This document shows positions 36,677-47,244 of a stretch of 64,000 nucleotides of DNA, piece after piece. The notes under the pieces were generated by a model. That model was not told the DNA's origin. It saw only the letters and a list, made by a program, of their open reading frames with translations, and ran no database searches. The stretch's first letter is position 1. Each line of letters begins with the position of its first letter. The stretch covers positions 1 to 64,000 of the IMG/VR virus record IMGVR_UViG_3300021255_004427. The stretch is one strand, 5' to 3'. Both the position numbers and the translations under genes were made by a program. Origin of the DNA: a virus. Lineage: Duplodnaviria; Caudoviricetes.

Positions 36677-38764
36677 TTGTCTGAAAGAGTTGGCGGCGTA
36701 CAAAAGACTAAAACGGGTGTGATGGCAAAGAATAAGTTTGCTATTGCTTCTGCCGTTCTTGGCAGCTATATAGGATATTCCCGACGTGATGGCATATTTT
36801 TTAGATGTGAATATGACCTTGACGAAATAAAGGCTGCGGCCGAGACAGAGGGGTATTTAGCTACAGCCATCCAGAAATATAGTGAGCTTTTTATGAAAGC
36901 AGGGTATACCTTAAAAGGTACAAGTGATGCTCCGGCGGATTATCTTAGACAGCGTTTTAAGATGATGAGCTATATGGGTGAATTTGAGCCATTTCCTCTT
37001 TTAATGAGAGAAACTGCTTTTGACCTTGTTAAATTTAGTAATGCATTCTGGGTAAAGAACCGTGCAGATAAGATTCCTTTTGTTAAAGCAACAGGAATTG
37101 TGAGCTCAGAAAAATGTGTAGCGGGATATTCAAGATTAGACCCGGCACAAGTTCGCGCCCAGTTCGACAAAGACGGTAAGCTGTCGGCATACAAACAGGT
37201 AACGCCTACAGGCAGAGAAAAGGTTTTTAAAACCGAAGATGTGATTCATTTTGTTTTGAATCGCTCGGCCGAATCCGTGTGGGGAACACCACGATGGATT
37301 CCGGCATTGGAAGATATTCGTTTTCTTCGGACGATGGAAGGCAATGTTGCGACAATAGCTCATAGGTTCTCAGCGCCTATCGTCCACGCAAAGGTTGGTC
37401 TACCTCAGGAGGGTAAGGGTGGCACCAAGAAGGAAATTGATGACACCAGAAATCTTATCGAAAATACGCCCCCTGACGGCATGATTATCACTCCGGAAAG
37501 AGTTGCTTTCTCTATAGTTGGTGCCGAAGGAAATGCTCTGGACTTAAAAGATTATCTATCTTATTTTGAGAATCGTGTGTTTACCGACCTCAATACTTCC
37601 CAGACAATGATGGGACGTGGAGGCAGCAAACAAGATGCTGACTCTATGGAAGAGCAGGTTCATAACGCTGTTAAAGATAACCAAGCGGCGTTTGCTATTC
37701 AATTTAAGGATGCTGTAATAACTGAGCTCTTACTTGAAGGTGGCTTTAATCCCATCCTAAATGAAAGCGACGATGTTGATCTTGTATTTAATGAGATTAA
37801 TCTCGATACAAGGGTTAAGCTGGAAAACCACATCACAAATCTCTTCCATGCTAATGCAATTACTTATGAAGAAATGCGAGCTGGTATCGGTTATAAGATT
37901 GGCAACATTGATGAGGATAGAGATCACCTGTATTCAAACTTTATCGAACAGGCCAACCAGCTTGAGCAAATCGAAGTCAACCATCAGAACGCTATCGAAA
38001 TAGCAAAGCTAAGCGCACAGCTTACAAGCTCTACTGAACAAGATAGTGGCAAGGATGATGATAAATCGTCTTCCGCAAAAGCAACAAAGAAAAAGAAGAG
38101 CACCTATACAAAAAAGAATACTGGCAATGGCAAAGGTGTAAAAACTGGGAAAAAGACAGGGGCTGTAAAAGCCACCGATTCTCCTTCCAACCAATACGGC
38201 ACATACAGCGCCAAAATTAAAGAGTCTGCTATTATTAATGAGTTTTCTTCCAAACTTAATGATAGTGGCAGCAACGCTGGAGATATAAAAAACAGAATCA
38301 AGTCCTACGTAAATGACATGTCAGTAAAGGGTGCAAAAGAGGGGTATGTAAAGGCTAAGGATACATTGGATCCTGGCAATGAACACAAAAAACCGTTACT
38401 TGCCCCGCAAAATAGTGTCTTAATAAACTATTTTAACAAGAATATTGATGAGTTTTTTAGTGATATAAATAAAAAGCTTAGTAATACGGGGGACGAATGC
38501 GGTTTTAAACGGCTGTTCGAGTCACAAAAATACAGGCTCACTATGCTTACGGATTTTGTTTATAGGAAGTCTTATTGGTACTCTTACTTAAAAACATGTG
38601 AGAGCCACGGAGTAAATCGTGTCAAAGTACATTGCCGCGAAGAAAGCCGACATAAAGAAAAATATGACGGCAAAATTATTAATCCGAAAAACTTCAACAT
38701 AAATGATATTCCGGGATACAGCACGAATTGCAGCTGCTATTTAGAACCACTAGAAAATGAATAG
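36677..38764 (+). CDS. portal protein
   Basis: EDVIHF...SVWGTP..P portal motif, position before protease and capsid; open frame extends upstream to ATT 36632. Confidence 0.85.
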   Translation: MSERVGGVQKTKTGVMAKNKFAIASAVLGSYIGYSRRDGIFFRCEYDLDEIKAAAETEGYLATAIQKYSELFMKAGYTLKGTSDAPADYLRQRFKMMSYMGEFEPFPLLMRETAFDLVKFSNAFWVKNRADKIPFVKATGIVSSEKCVAGYSRLDPAQVRAQFDKDGKLSAYKQVTPTGREKVFKTEDVIHFVLNRSAESVWGTPRWIPALEDIRFLRTMEGNVATIAHRFSAPIVHAKVGLPQEGKGGTKKEIDDTRNLIENTPPDGMIITPERVAFSIVGAEGNALDLKDYLSYFENRVFTDLNTSQTMMGRGGSKQDADSMEEQVHNAVKDNQAAFAIQFKDAVITELLLEGGFNPILNESDDVDLVFNEINLDTRVKLENHITNLFHANAITYEEMRAGIGYKIGNIDEDRDHLYSNFIEQANQLEQIEVNHQNAIEIAKLSAQLTSSTEQDSGKDDDKSSSAKATKKKKSTYTKKNTGNGKGVKTGKKTGAVKATDSPSNQYGTYSAKIKESAIINEFSSKLNDSGSNAGDIKNRIKSYVNDMSVKGAKEGYVKAKDTLDPGNEHKKPLLAPQNSVLINYFNKNIDEFFSDINKKLSNTGDECGFKRLFESQKYRLTMLTDFVYRKSYWYSYLKTCESHGVNRVKVHCREESRHKEKYDGKIINPKNFNINDIPGYSTNCSCYLEPLENE

Positions 38765-38778
38765 GAAGGTTATCACAC

Positions 38779-40167
38779 ATGCCATTAGCTCTTAGAGAAG
38801 TTGAAGGGTATGATGTAACGAATCCTACCGCCCCTATCAGCTCGGAAAAACTCAAAGAATGGTTTGAGAAGTGCAAGAACTTTAAAGAGTCCGAGCATAC
38901 CGCAAAACCGGATGGTTTTTTCACGGCCTGTATTGAAGCCATTCACGGCGATACACCGACCAGAAATTACACGCGGTATATGACGAGCAGTTTCAAGAAG
39001 GCAATTCCAACATGGACCTCGCCTTATCCTGTCCCTAACATTATGTATCACAACGATTATAACGGTGAAGTTGTTGGGCGGATTATCGAGGCCAAACAGG
39101 GAGATTCAAAAAGACTCCCTGGAGCCCAGGCACTTATCCTCACATCTGCCATCCCGGAATGGAAAGACAAGGAAAAGGTTCAAAATGGGCTTTACAGTAC
39201 GGTTTCTATTGGTGTTTCCGCAACAGATGTCCGTTGCAGTATCTGCGGCGCTCAGCTAAGTGAAGGCGATTTTTGTGAACACCAGCGTGGGTATACTTAC
39301 AAAAACGAAGAAACCGGCAAGAAAGAAACCTGCTATTGGGACGTCTATGAATGGGAAGCAAAGGAAATTTCGTTTGTCATTGTACCGTCCGACAAATACG
39401 CAGGAATTGTATCCTACTCCTACAATTATGCATCAGATGATGAGTCTACAACGGAAACTGAAAAACCAAAAGGCACACCTCCGGCAAGAAAATGGAGGAT
39501 GTCCGGCTCAGAAGATAACGATGCTTCAAATACAAATAAAATGACTGAATCGCAGAATTCCGACAGTCTGTTACCACCACCAACAGCTAAGCAGGAATCA
39601 GAAGGAGAGAAAACATTGAACATTCAGGAAGCAGAACAGAAAATCGCTTCTCTTGAAACGGAAGCGAAAGCCCTGAAGGGGGATGCTGTTGTTCTTCAGG
39701 AAAAAGTTGACGCTTTGAACAAGGACAAAGTTTCCCTGCAGGAATCTATCGCAGAGATGAAAACTGCCGTTGAGGAAAAAGACCTCGCATTGAATCATGA
39801 AAAACAGTTGCGCGAAGCCGCTGAAAGCAAAGTTGAAGGCCTGGAAAAAGAAGTAAAGGCCAGCCTTGCTGAATCCCTGGCTACGCTGCGCGAAAAGGCT
39901 GGTAAGCCCGCAATCGAAAAGCTTGCAGACCGCTCGATTGATTCCCTGCGCGATGCAATTACTGATATCAAGGCTGAGCTGAAGGAAGCTGCCGACAAGG
40001 CTGCTAAAGAAGCAAAAACTGCCGAAGAAGCCAAGGCTGCTGAAGAAGCAAAAAAAGCCAAGGGCTCTGTCAAAGAAAATACGTTGAAGGAATCGGAAGA
40101 GACTCCGGGTGCAAACGTAGCTGAAGAAGCAAAGTCCCCCGCTGTTGCCGAAGACTTTGATCTTTAA
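38779..40167 (+). CDS. prohead protease / scaffold
   Basis: YHN..VGR, TVSIGV..CSICG..CEH, EISFVIVPSD; coiled-coil C-terminus. Confidence 0.85.
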   Translation: MPLALREVEGYDVTNPTAPISSEKLKEWFEKCKNFKESEHTAKPDGFFTACIEAIHGDTPTRNYTRYMTSSFKKAIPTWTSPYPVPNIMYHNDYNGEVVGRIIEAKQGDSKRLPGAQALILTSAIPEWKDKEKVQNGLYSTVSIGVSATDVRCSICGAQLSEGDFCEHQRGYTYKNEETGKKETCYWDVYEWEAKEISFVIVPSDKYAGIVSYSYNYASDDESTTETEKPKGTPPARKWRMSGSEDNDASNTNKMTESQNSDSLLPPPTAKQESEGEKTLNIQEAEQKIASLETEAKALKGDAVVLQEKVDALNKDKVSLQESIAEMKTAVEEKDLALNHEKQLREAAESKVEGLEKEVKASLAESLATLREKAGKPAIEKLADRSIDSLRDAITDIKAELKEAADKAAKEAKTAEEAKAAEEAKKAKGSVKENTLKESEETPGANVAEEAKSPAVAEDFDL

Positions 40168-40187
40168 TCAGGGAGGACATTTATAAA

Positions 40188-41834
40188 ATGGCTTTATATC
40201 CTACTTCTATGGAAACTCGTTATAAGCTGCAGCCGGGTGGCCGTGGCGAAGTATTTGTTGCTGATCAGCCGGGTTACCGCGATGGCGCTGCTCGTATCAA
40301 TCGTACGCAGAACAGCATGAGTGAAGCCCCGCACGAGGCACTCACTGGTAAATACATTCTGGATAAGCGTCTGCCGGCACAGTTTAAGTATGGCTTTGCT
40401 GTTGGCTACAACAATATGGTTATTACAAAAGGCCGTATCGTAGCAGCTGACCCGTACATGGATCGTCAGGACTGGACTACGGATCGTCAGTTCAATGTAT
40501 TGACTCTGGCAAATGGTGGCGCACTGGTTCGCCTGCGTAAAGAAGGCGACGTATATCCGACGAAGGATACGTTGATTTCTGAAGAATCTCGCGGTGGCAA
40601 AGTTGCTGGTATTGGTTTGAACTGGATCCCGGTTGAAGGCATGGAAGAAACCTGGGGCGAAGGCGTATATCGCGCTTGTAAAACTTCCGGCTCTGCACAG
40701 CTCGAAGCTGCTAGTATGGGCATTGATGTTGAACACACCGGCAAGGTTGTTGAAAATGCGGAAAAAGCTACCGACGGCACGGTTGTTGGCGGTAAAGTTA
40801 CGGATGATGTTCGTGCTGCTAACGTTCCTCTTGGTATGCTGGGCAAGAACCAGTACACCCAGTTCAACGACGACAGCATGGACGGCATGATTCCTGGCCC
40901 GATTCTCACGGATAAGATTGTTGAACTCCCGTACTTCCAGTTCAAGGACAAAGCAGAAAAGCAGCCTTGGGGCGCTATCTACGGTACGCTGAAAGTCGGC
41001 GATCTGGTTAAATCTGATGAAAACGGCCGTTTGGTTGTATCTCCGCTGTCTTATGATGTTGCTCTCGATACGATGACTGCCGCAGAAATCGAGCGTGAAC
41101 GCCAGCAGGTTGTTGGCCAGGTTATTTCCCTGTCCCATGATATGGTTCCCGAGGGTGGTTATGAACTCGCTCAGTGGGCTCTGGCTGACCGTCTGAAATA
41201 CGAAGGCTTGAATCCGGAAATCTACACGCAGACAAATCGTCCTGGCGAAGATGCAGTATCCGCATCCGTATTCCAGAGCACCGGTCGTTACCCCGGCTAT
41301 CCGTACGACAAAGCGTACAGCGAACACGACCTGCATATGTTGGGCATGGGTGGTAACCACTATGACAAGTTTATGCCGCTCGAATATCAGCTCGATAATG
41401 GTATCCCGGGCCTGACCGATGGTCACAACGCCGTTGTTCGTGATTTTGAAAACAATCACGCAGCCGTAATCTTTGCTCGTAAAGACAATACGCAGCCGTA
41501 TGTTCGTTCTGTAATCAAGGTTTGCCAGAATGGTAACTTTGAGGATGGTTCCTTGAAGGTACAGCTTGGCGATGGCGATTTCATTGATGTTAACAGCCAG
41601 ACTGTTAAAGGCGAGCCGCAGAAGCTCAACGATGCCTTCGCTGTTACGTACTACAACGCCGTTCAGGGGCTTGTATGCATCGAAGTTGTTGATGAAGCGA
41701 AAGCTGACGAGATGCTGAAGGACAAAGAACTCGTTGTTAACCTGAAATACAAGAAGCGCGGCCTGAATGGCGTTCCGACCTTTATGGATTGGGATGGCTG
41801 TGTAGGTAGTGCTAAGATTATGCTTCAGCGCTAA
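40188..41834 (+). CDS. head structural/decoration protein
   Basis: between protease and capsid; strong codon bias; LKVGDLVKSDENG motif. Confidence 0.7.
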   Translation: MALYPTSMETRYKLQPGGRGEVFVADQPGYRDGAARINRTQNSMSEAPHEALTGKYILDKRLPAQFKYGFAVGYNNMVITKGRIVAADPYMDRQDWTTDRQFNVLTLANGGALVRLRKEGDVYPTKDTLISEESRGGKVAGIGLNWIPVEGMEETWGEGVYRACKTSGSAQLEAASMGIDVEHTGKVVENAEKATDGTVVGGKVTDDVRAANVPLGMLGKNQYTQFNDDSMDGMIPGPILTDKIVELPYFQFKDKAEKQPWGAIYGTLKVGDLVKSDENGRLVVSPLSYDVALDTMTAAEIERERQQVVGQVISLSHDMVPEGGYELAQWALADRLKYEGLNPEIYTQTNRPGEDAVSASVFQSTGRYPGYPYDKAYSEHDLHMLGMGGNHYDKFMPLEYQLDNGIPGLTDGHNAVVRDFENNHAAVIFARKDNTQPYVRSVIKVCQNGNFEDGSLKVQLGDGDFIDVNSQTVKGEPQKLNDAFAVTYYNAVQGLVCIEVVDEAKADEMLKDKELVVNLKYKKRGLNGVPTFMDWDGCVGSAKIMLQR

Positions 41835-41857
41835 TAACACGGAGGTAAATAATAATA

Positions 41858-43102
41858 ATGATTTCTCTTAACGAACGCCTCACGAAGGCTGAAAATAGAA
41901 TTAAGGCTTTGAAAGAAAACGAAGCCGCAAAGAAAGCCGGCAAGCCGGCTGTTCACCAGATGAAGGGAGATGCTTCCCTGAAGGAAATGGAAGCATACAA
42001 AACCTTCCTGCAGCAGCTCAGTGGTAAGGATACGTCCAATAAAACCGCTCGTGTTACCCTGAACGAAATGCTGACATCCACGGATATCATTGACATGATT
42101 CCGAAGGTAATTTCCGGCGAAATGATCGAAGCTGCTGAACCGCAGCTTCTGGCCGCAAATCTCTTTACAAAGATCCAGGCTCCGGGCAATGGTGTTACAA
42201 TCGTTGTTCCTGTTGTTGGCGAAATCTATGTTCGTGAAGTTGCTGAAGGTGCACCGTTCGAAGAAACTGCTCCGGACAATGCTACGCTCGAAAACAGCCG
42301 CCTGACCATCGACATCAAGAAGTATGGTTCCAAGGTCTCCATCACGGAAGAGGCTATGAGTGACTATACCTGGGATGTTCATGCTCTGACGATTCGCCAG
42401 ATGGGCCGCGCATTTGCTCGCAACAAGGAAGAAAAGTGCTTTAAGGAATTCTCCAAGCACGGTCATGTTGTTTTCGATAACGCTATCCGCGATCAGCGTC
42501 CGGAAGCAGGCACGCATGGTCTGGATAAGAAGGGCAATGAAAACAATACCCTGTCTGTAGAAGACTTCCTGGAAATGATGCTTGCTGCAATCACCAATAA
42601 CCACACACCGACGGACTTCTTTGCTCATCCGTTGGTATGGACGATCTTTGCTGCCAACGGCATGGTTGGCGCTGGTATGAGCTTCGGCGCTCTTGGCGGT
42701 CAGAATGTAAACCCGAGCGGCGGTACGCAGGGCAGCCCGAACTTCTCTGGCTTGCAGAATAACATTGGCAACCAGCAGTTCATTCTTCGTCCGGAAGATG
42801 TACAGAACCGTCTGCCGATTCCCCTCACGGTTAACCTCACTCCGCAGGTTGCCTTCAATAAGGAACGCAAAGCATTCGATTGCTACATCGTTGACCGCAA
42901 CAATGTTGGTATCATTGCTCAGCGTCAGGAAATCACCATGGACAACTGGACGAATCCGGAACTCGATGTTCAGTTTATCAAGGCGAAAGAACGCTTTGGT
43001 GTTGGCATCCAGGATCATGGTCGTGGCATTATGGTTGCCCGCAACATTGCTGCCGAGAAATCCTATCCGGAAAGCCTCCCGGTTCGCGTTATTGCAGAAT
43101 AA
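41858..43102 (+). CDS. major capsid protein
   Basis: IPKVIS..MIEAAEP, EVAEG, KYG..VSITEE, HP, KERFGV; HK97-type layout. Confidence 0.88.
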   Translation: MISLNERLTKAENRIKALKENEAAKKAGKPAVHQMKGDASLKEMEAYKTFLQQLSGKDTSNKTARVTLNEMLTSTDIIDMIPKVISGEMIEAAEPQLLAANLFTKIQAPGNGVTIVVPVVGEIYVREVAEGAPFEETAPDNATLENSRLTIDIKKYGSKVSITEEAMSDYTWDVHALTIRQMGRAFARNKEEKCFKEFSKHGHVVFDNAIRDQRPEAGTHGLDKKGNENNTLSVEDFLEMMLAAITNNHTPTDFFAHPLVWTIFAANGMVGAGMSFGALGGQNVNPSGGTQGSPNFSGLQNNIGNQQFILRPEDVQNRLPIPLTVNLTPQVAFNKERKAFDCYIVDRNNVGIIAQRQEITMDNWTNPELDVQFIKAKERFGVGIQDHGRGIMVARNIAAEKSYPESLPVRVIAE

Positions 43103-43133
43103 TATCTGCTCTAATTTCCGGGTTAATTATATC

Positions 43134-43162
43134 AAGAGGCAGTCATTTGACTGCCTCTTTTT
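43134..43162 (+). terminator. intrinsic terminator after capsid gene
   Basis: AAGAGGCAGTCA-tt-TGACTGCCTCTTTTT. Confidence 0.8.
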
Positions 43163-43224
43163 AATTAAGGGAAATCCTTTGGTAATAGCGGCAAATGTAG
43201 AGACTAAAACAACCGGAGGATTTT

Positions 43225-43614
43225 ATGGGTAAAAAATATACCGAAACGGAAATTGAAAGAATACAGAACGAGCTATCCAATCAAGTAGAGAAAGAAAATG
43301 ACTTTTTAACTGAGATTGAACAGCTCTCAGAGTCAATTGCCCACCGTCTTGTACAGGGGCGTCACACGAGGGAACGTTTTTTAGACACAGACTTTATCTT
43401 CAATCTGAGATATGACGATGTGCGAAAGATTATCTATGTAATGAGAACTGATCCTGTAAAACTGGCAATTGGCATGGGGCACTACAGGCCCGCAATTTTC
43501 GCAGAAGAATACAACGAAAACCTGACCATGGATGAAAATGTTTACATTGCTGTTAAGGCAGCGTTATGCTCCAAGGCGGGAATTATAAATGTCGACGAAG
43601 CAGGTAACGACTAA
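43225..43614 (+). CDS. hypothetical protein
   Basis: GGAGG RBS. Confidence 0.75.
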   Translation: MGKKYTETEIERIQNELSNQVEKENDFLTEIEQLSESIAHRLVQGRHTRERFLDTDFIFNLRYDDVRKIIYVMRTDPVKLAIGMGHYRPAIFAEEYNENLTMDENVYIAVKAALCSKAGIINVDEAGND

Positions 43615-43632
43615 CGGAGGTTTTTATAAATT

Positions 43633-44253
43633 ATGGCAAATGTAATCGCTCGAGTAAAACTGGCTCCCGGCGAAACGGGTTTCTTTGACAGCTCGACAAA
43701 CACGTATCTTAACTGGAGTCATCCGGTAGCAGATATCGAACTGGGTTCCGACCTGAAATCTTTGCGGGCTGCAGTAAAGGCCAAAAAGATTACAGTTATC
43801 GAAGGGTCTCTTGGACAGAAGAAAACCTTTAAGCAGGTTTTGATGGAAGCGAAAAGTAAGCGCACCGGACAGCCCCTCGAGGAATTAATGGGAGACACGC
43901 CGTTGGCCTTTGAACCGACTGAAATTATTGGCAGCGATAATAAAACGGACGGCAAGGTTGCAGTGACAAAAACTACGCTTGATATTAAGCCGGACAAAGA
44001 ACTTGTTGAACAAGCGGTAACTGAAAGCAAGGTTGCCACCGAAACAGCAAAGAAGACTGTAAAGGCAGCAGATACAAAAGTTGAAGAGGATAAAAAGGTT
44101 GAAGAAGCCTCCGCAGCTGAACCGGTAGAAGATAAGGCGAAAGAGCCCGAGGAGAAGGCTGCACCTAAGAAGAAAACCACCAGCAAGAAAAAGTCAACCA
44201 AAAAGGTTGATGAAGAAGCTGCGGTTGAAGCTGAGGAAAAAGCAGACAAGTAA
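43633..44253 (+). CDS. hypothetical virion protein with Lys/Glu-rich tail
   Basis: GGAGGT RBS. Confidence 0.75.
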   Translation: MANVIARVKLAPGETGFFDSSTNTYLNWSHPVADIELGSDLKSLRAAVKAKKITVIEGSLGQKKTFKQVLMEAKSKRTGQPLEELMGDTPLAFEPTEIIGSDNKTDGKVAVTKTTLDIKPDKELVEQAVTESKVATETAKKTVKAADTKVEEDKKVEEASAAEPVEDKAKEPEEKAAPKKKTTSKKKSTKKVDEEAAVEAEEKADK

Positions 44254-44269
44254 AGGACAGGTGTAAATC

Positions 44270-45088
44270 TTGTATCAAAAGTTTACCGTGGAGTCGGTGC
44301 GCGTATTTGAGGCCGACCACCTAATAAAAATCGGTTTTACCTTTGATGTGGATGAAGACTCTGTTACTGAAACCTCGGTTTATCTAACACTGAAAAACGG
44401 GGATATAAACCCCATTACAATGTCTAAAGTAACCGTGGATGGCCCCACGGTTACTTTAGAATATGAGTCTCTACAGGTAAATACCGATTATGAAATTGTC
44501 GTCACTAAAGATGTCCGCTCTATTATGGAAGATGAGCTGGCTATTGAATTTAAGAAAAGGATACGTCTAAACTCTCGCGTAGATAGCGTAGTTAACATTA
44601 TCGCCCCTATTGATTATGAGGAATTGGAAAAGCCACATTTTTTGTTTTCTGAAGAAAAGGGCAAAAGCGGCAAGGCGTTTAATCGCTTCAGAATTCAAGT
44701 GGCGCCAGATTACGGTTTCTTAAACGTGATCTACGATACAGTTATTGAGTCGAGGAATGAAATAACTCTTTCGGGCCTCAAGGCGAATCCACAATATTTT
44801 GTCAGAATGCGTGTTGAAGCTAATGACGATGAATATGGCAATTGGACAAAAGGCAGAACCTTTACGTTAAAAGGCGAGCCAGAGCCAGATTACACAGTAC
44901 CAACAACAAACAAGCCCAAAAAGCCGGAAGATTGTGACGATGTTGTATTTGAAGATGACTTTGAGATTATTGGTTATCCGGAAAACGGTATAACGCCTGA
45001 TGGTAGTTTTATCATTGAGTTTGACGAGGACATTGATACGTCGTCCATCGATATTGCAAATATCGTCCTTACAAGAAAGCAGGTATGA
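44270..45088 (+). CDS. Ig/FN3-like virion protein
   Basis: F..DVDEDSVT, QYFVRMRVE...YGNW beta-sandwich patterns. Confidence 0.65.
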   Translation: MYQKFTVESVRVFEADHLIKIGFTFDVDEDSVTETSVYLTLKNGDINPITMSKVTVDGPTVTLEYESLQVNTDYEIVVTKDVRSIMEDELAIEFKKRIRLNSRVDSVVNIIAPIDYEELEKPHFLFSEEKGKSGKAFNRFRIQVAPDYGFLNVIYDTVIESRNEITLSGLKANPQYFVRMRVEANDDEYGNWTKGRTFTLKGEPEPDYTVPTTNKPKKPEDCDDVVFEDDFEIIGYPENGITPDGSFIIEFDEDIDTSSIDIANIVLTRKQV

Positions 45089-45089
45089 T

Positions 45090-45764
45090 ATGGAGCGAGT
45101 CAATTTTTCTTATCGAGTATTTGACAACTGTCTGGAAATTATCCCGGATGGCGGTATTAAAAATAATAGCATCTATAAGCTGACATTGAAAAACATTCGA
45201 TCCGCTGAAGGACATAAAGTGCTTGACAAACAGAGTCTTGAGATTACAACAGCCATGACACCAGCATATTGCAGCGTTGATGCTATCCGTACTCTCGTGG
45301 ATGTATTTGATATATCCGAATCGACGATCTTATTTCAAATTCGCCAAGCCAGTAAGGAAGCAGACTTTATCTGGCGCTCTGTTTATAACAAGCCAATAAC
45401 TCGCGATGCGGATGGCAACTATCCGTTTCCTGTCGAAAAATTTACAGAGGTGCGCGCAAGCCAACTCGCATTGACAAGAGCATACATTACTGGCACATCT
45501 GAAAGCGGACTTGAAGGAACACTGGGTAAGATCACTTTTAAGAACGGCGAAGAGCTCGGAAATATCCGAAAGTTGATAGATTCCCTAAAGGCCGAGGCTG
45601 ATAAATGGCAGGATGCTATCCGGGGGTATGTCTTTGACGGTAGAAATAAGCCCGCATTTGCATTGCGCGGCAATCATTCTCTTCGTGCTACGCCGGCCGC
45701 AGTTATTCTCAGGAATTATAATCGTGACGGCAATATGGGGCTGAAAGGAGGATTTGTCATCTAA
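45090..45764 (+). CDS. head-tail adaptor-like protein
   Basis: P.YCSV..IR, IRQASKEAD, LG.ITF; position in neck region. Confidence 0.6.
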   Translation: MERVNFSYRVFDNCLEIIPDGGIKNNSIYKLTLKNIRSAEGHKVLDKQSLEITTAMTPAYCSVDAIRTLVDVFDISESTILFQIRQASKEADFIWRSVYNKPITRDADGNYPFPVEKFTEVRASQLALTRAYITGTSESGLEGTLGKITFKNGEELGNIRKLIDSLKAEADKWQDAIRGYVFDGRNKPAFALRGNHSLRATPAAVILRNYNRDGNMGLKGGFVI

Positions 45765-46225
45765 TGTTAAATCCAAATTTCAATAAAAAGATTCGAGCCA
45801 TTATCCATAAACTGGAATATCCAATGTATGTCGTTATTCGTGACCAGTCCATGTATTGCCCATGTCGCGATGCAAATAATACGCCAGATCCAGACTGCCC
45901 AAAATGCTTGGGAACGGGAAACAAAATAAAAATCAAAAAGATAACCGGCGTTATGGAACCGGACGAAGTATCTCTGCGTCTTGAAGGACAGCAACAGGCA
46001 GCTCCATCAAACTATTATTATTTTGATGCAGAAAAGGTTCCAAAAGAAACGGTGCTTGCTGGCAATATTATTGTCCGCGAAGATGAAGCAGATATCTTGC
46101 AAGGGGCAAAGAAGTTCCGCTCAGACTCTAATAAGGTCATTTATTACTACGAAGAAGCCGTCCCTATGAAATCCAATCTGAAACTCTTTTTAAAGAATTT
46201 TTATAATCTGGTGAGAACAAAATGA
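45764..46225 (+). CDS. neck/head-closure protein with Zn ribbon
   Basis: CPC...CPKCLGTG. Confidence 0.6.
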   Translation: MLNPNFNKKIRAIIHKLEYPMYVVIRDQSMYCPCRDANNTPDPDCPKCLGTGNKIKIKKITGVMEPDEVSLRLEGQQQAAPSNYYYFDAEKVPKETVLAGNIIVREDEADILQGAKKFRSDSNKVIYYYEEAVPMKSNLKLFLKNFYNLVRTK

Positions 46226-47241
46226 TTACAAGTATAAAGGAAATTGACTTACACAAATCAGTTCTTCTCATTGGCATCGGTGCGACAAATAAGTACCTGC
46301 ATGACATTGTAAAACCGGAAAGGGTATCTGAAGCTCGGGAGGTTTTTGGTGACAGCGACCTTGTAGATTCATACGAACTTCTAGTAAGAGGCAATGAGGA
46401 TAAAGACATTTTCATTATGAATATCGAGGTTATGACTGATTATCTCGACATTGCACCGCTCGTATCCAGTTACGATTTCTCCTACGTAGTCCCTATAGAT
46501 GTCGGTATTGCAAATTTTTTCTATGACCCAAATAAAGATGGGAAAAAGATCTTTTATATTCAGTATCTAATGGAGTCGCTACCGGAAGAAAATAAAACGG
46601 TATTTTTGGTTACTGACACGCATGCTAGTTTATATCAGGACATTGACCAGTTTTTAGAAAGCATGAATTATCGTGAACGGGAGTTCAGAAGCAGCCTCCA
46701 GTTAAAGAAAACTAAAAGGCATATCACGTTTGTAGCGAACAATTTAAGTGGCATTGCGTATGGTAATGTAGAGTTGTGCCGCATGATTCTACTTACCGAT
46801 GTAAACGAATACCCCGCAGACAGTGACGAGCTTCATGCAATATTCAGTCTTGATTTTAACGACAATGTAAGTAGCATGGCTTACTTTAAGACTCATGCTG
46901 ACAAGACCACGTCAGTAGAAAACCTTCTTAACTTTGATGAGGAAGAAGAGCCGACAAAGATATTCTTTATCTATAGGATTTGTCTTTACATCGCGAAAGA
47001 ACTGGATTTCACCGATTATATCGGCTCCAAATATATCTCTTATAAAAAGCAGCGCATTGCTGCTATTGTCTCAGACTATTTACGTACACTGGTTGGATAT
47101 GTACTGATAAATTATCGAATAGACGAATGTTTTGCAAAGGAAGATCCAAGACATCCTGGAACAGTTGACATTATTTTGAGTTATTCTATCCAGCCAATCG
47201 GGTGTGCAGAACGTTTTATTACAAGAACATTGAGGATTTAA
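46222..47241 (+). CDS. sheath-related structural protein
   Basis: N-terminus (LLIG...EVFG) and C-terminus (DIILSY.IQP) resemble sheath termini. Confidence 0.5.
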   Translation: MITSIKEIDLHKSVLLIGIGATNKYLHDIVKPERVSEAREVFGDSDLVDSYELLVRGNEDKDIFIMNIEVMTDYLDIAPLVSSYDFSYVVPIDVGIANFFYDPNKDGKKIFYIQYLMESLPEENKTVFLVTDTHASLYQDIDQFLESMNYREREFRSSLQLKKTKRHITFVANNLSGIAYGNVELCRMILLTDVNEYPADSDELHAIFSLDFNDNVSSMAYFKTHADKTTSVENLLNFDEEEEPTKIFFIYRICLYIAKELDFTDYIGSKYISYKKQRIAAIVSDYLRTLVGYVLINYRIDECFAKEDPRHPGTVDIILSYSIQPIGCAERFITRTLRI

Positions 47242-47244
47242 AGC

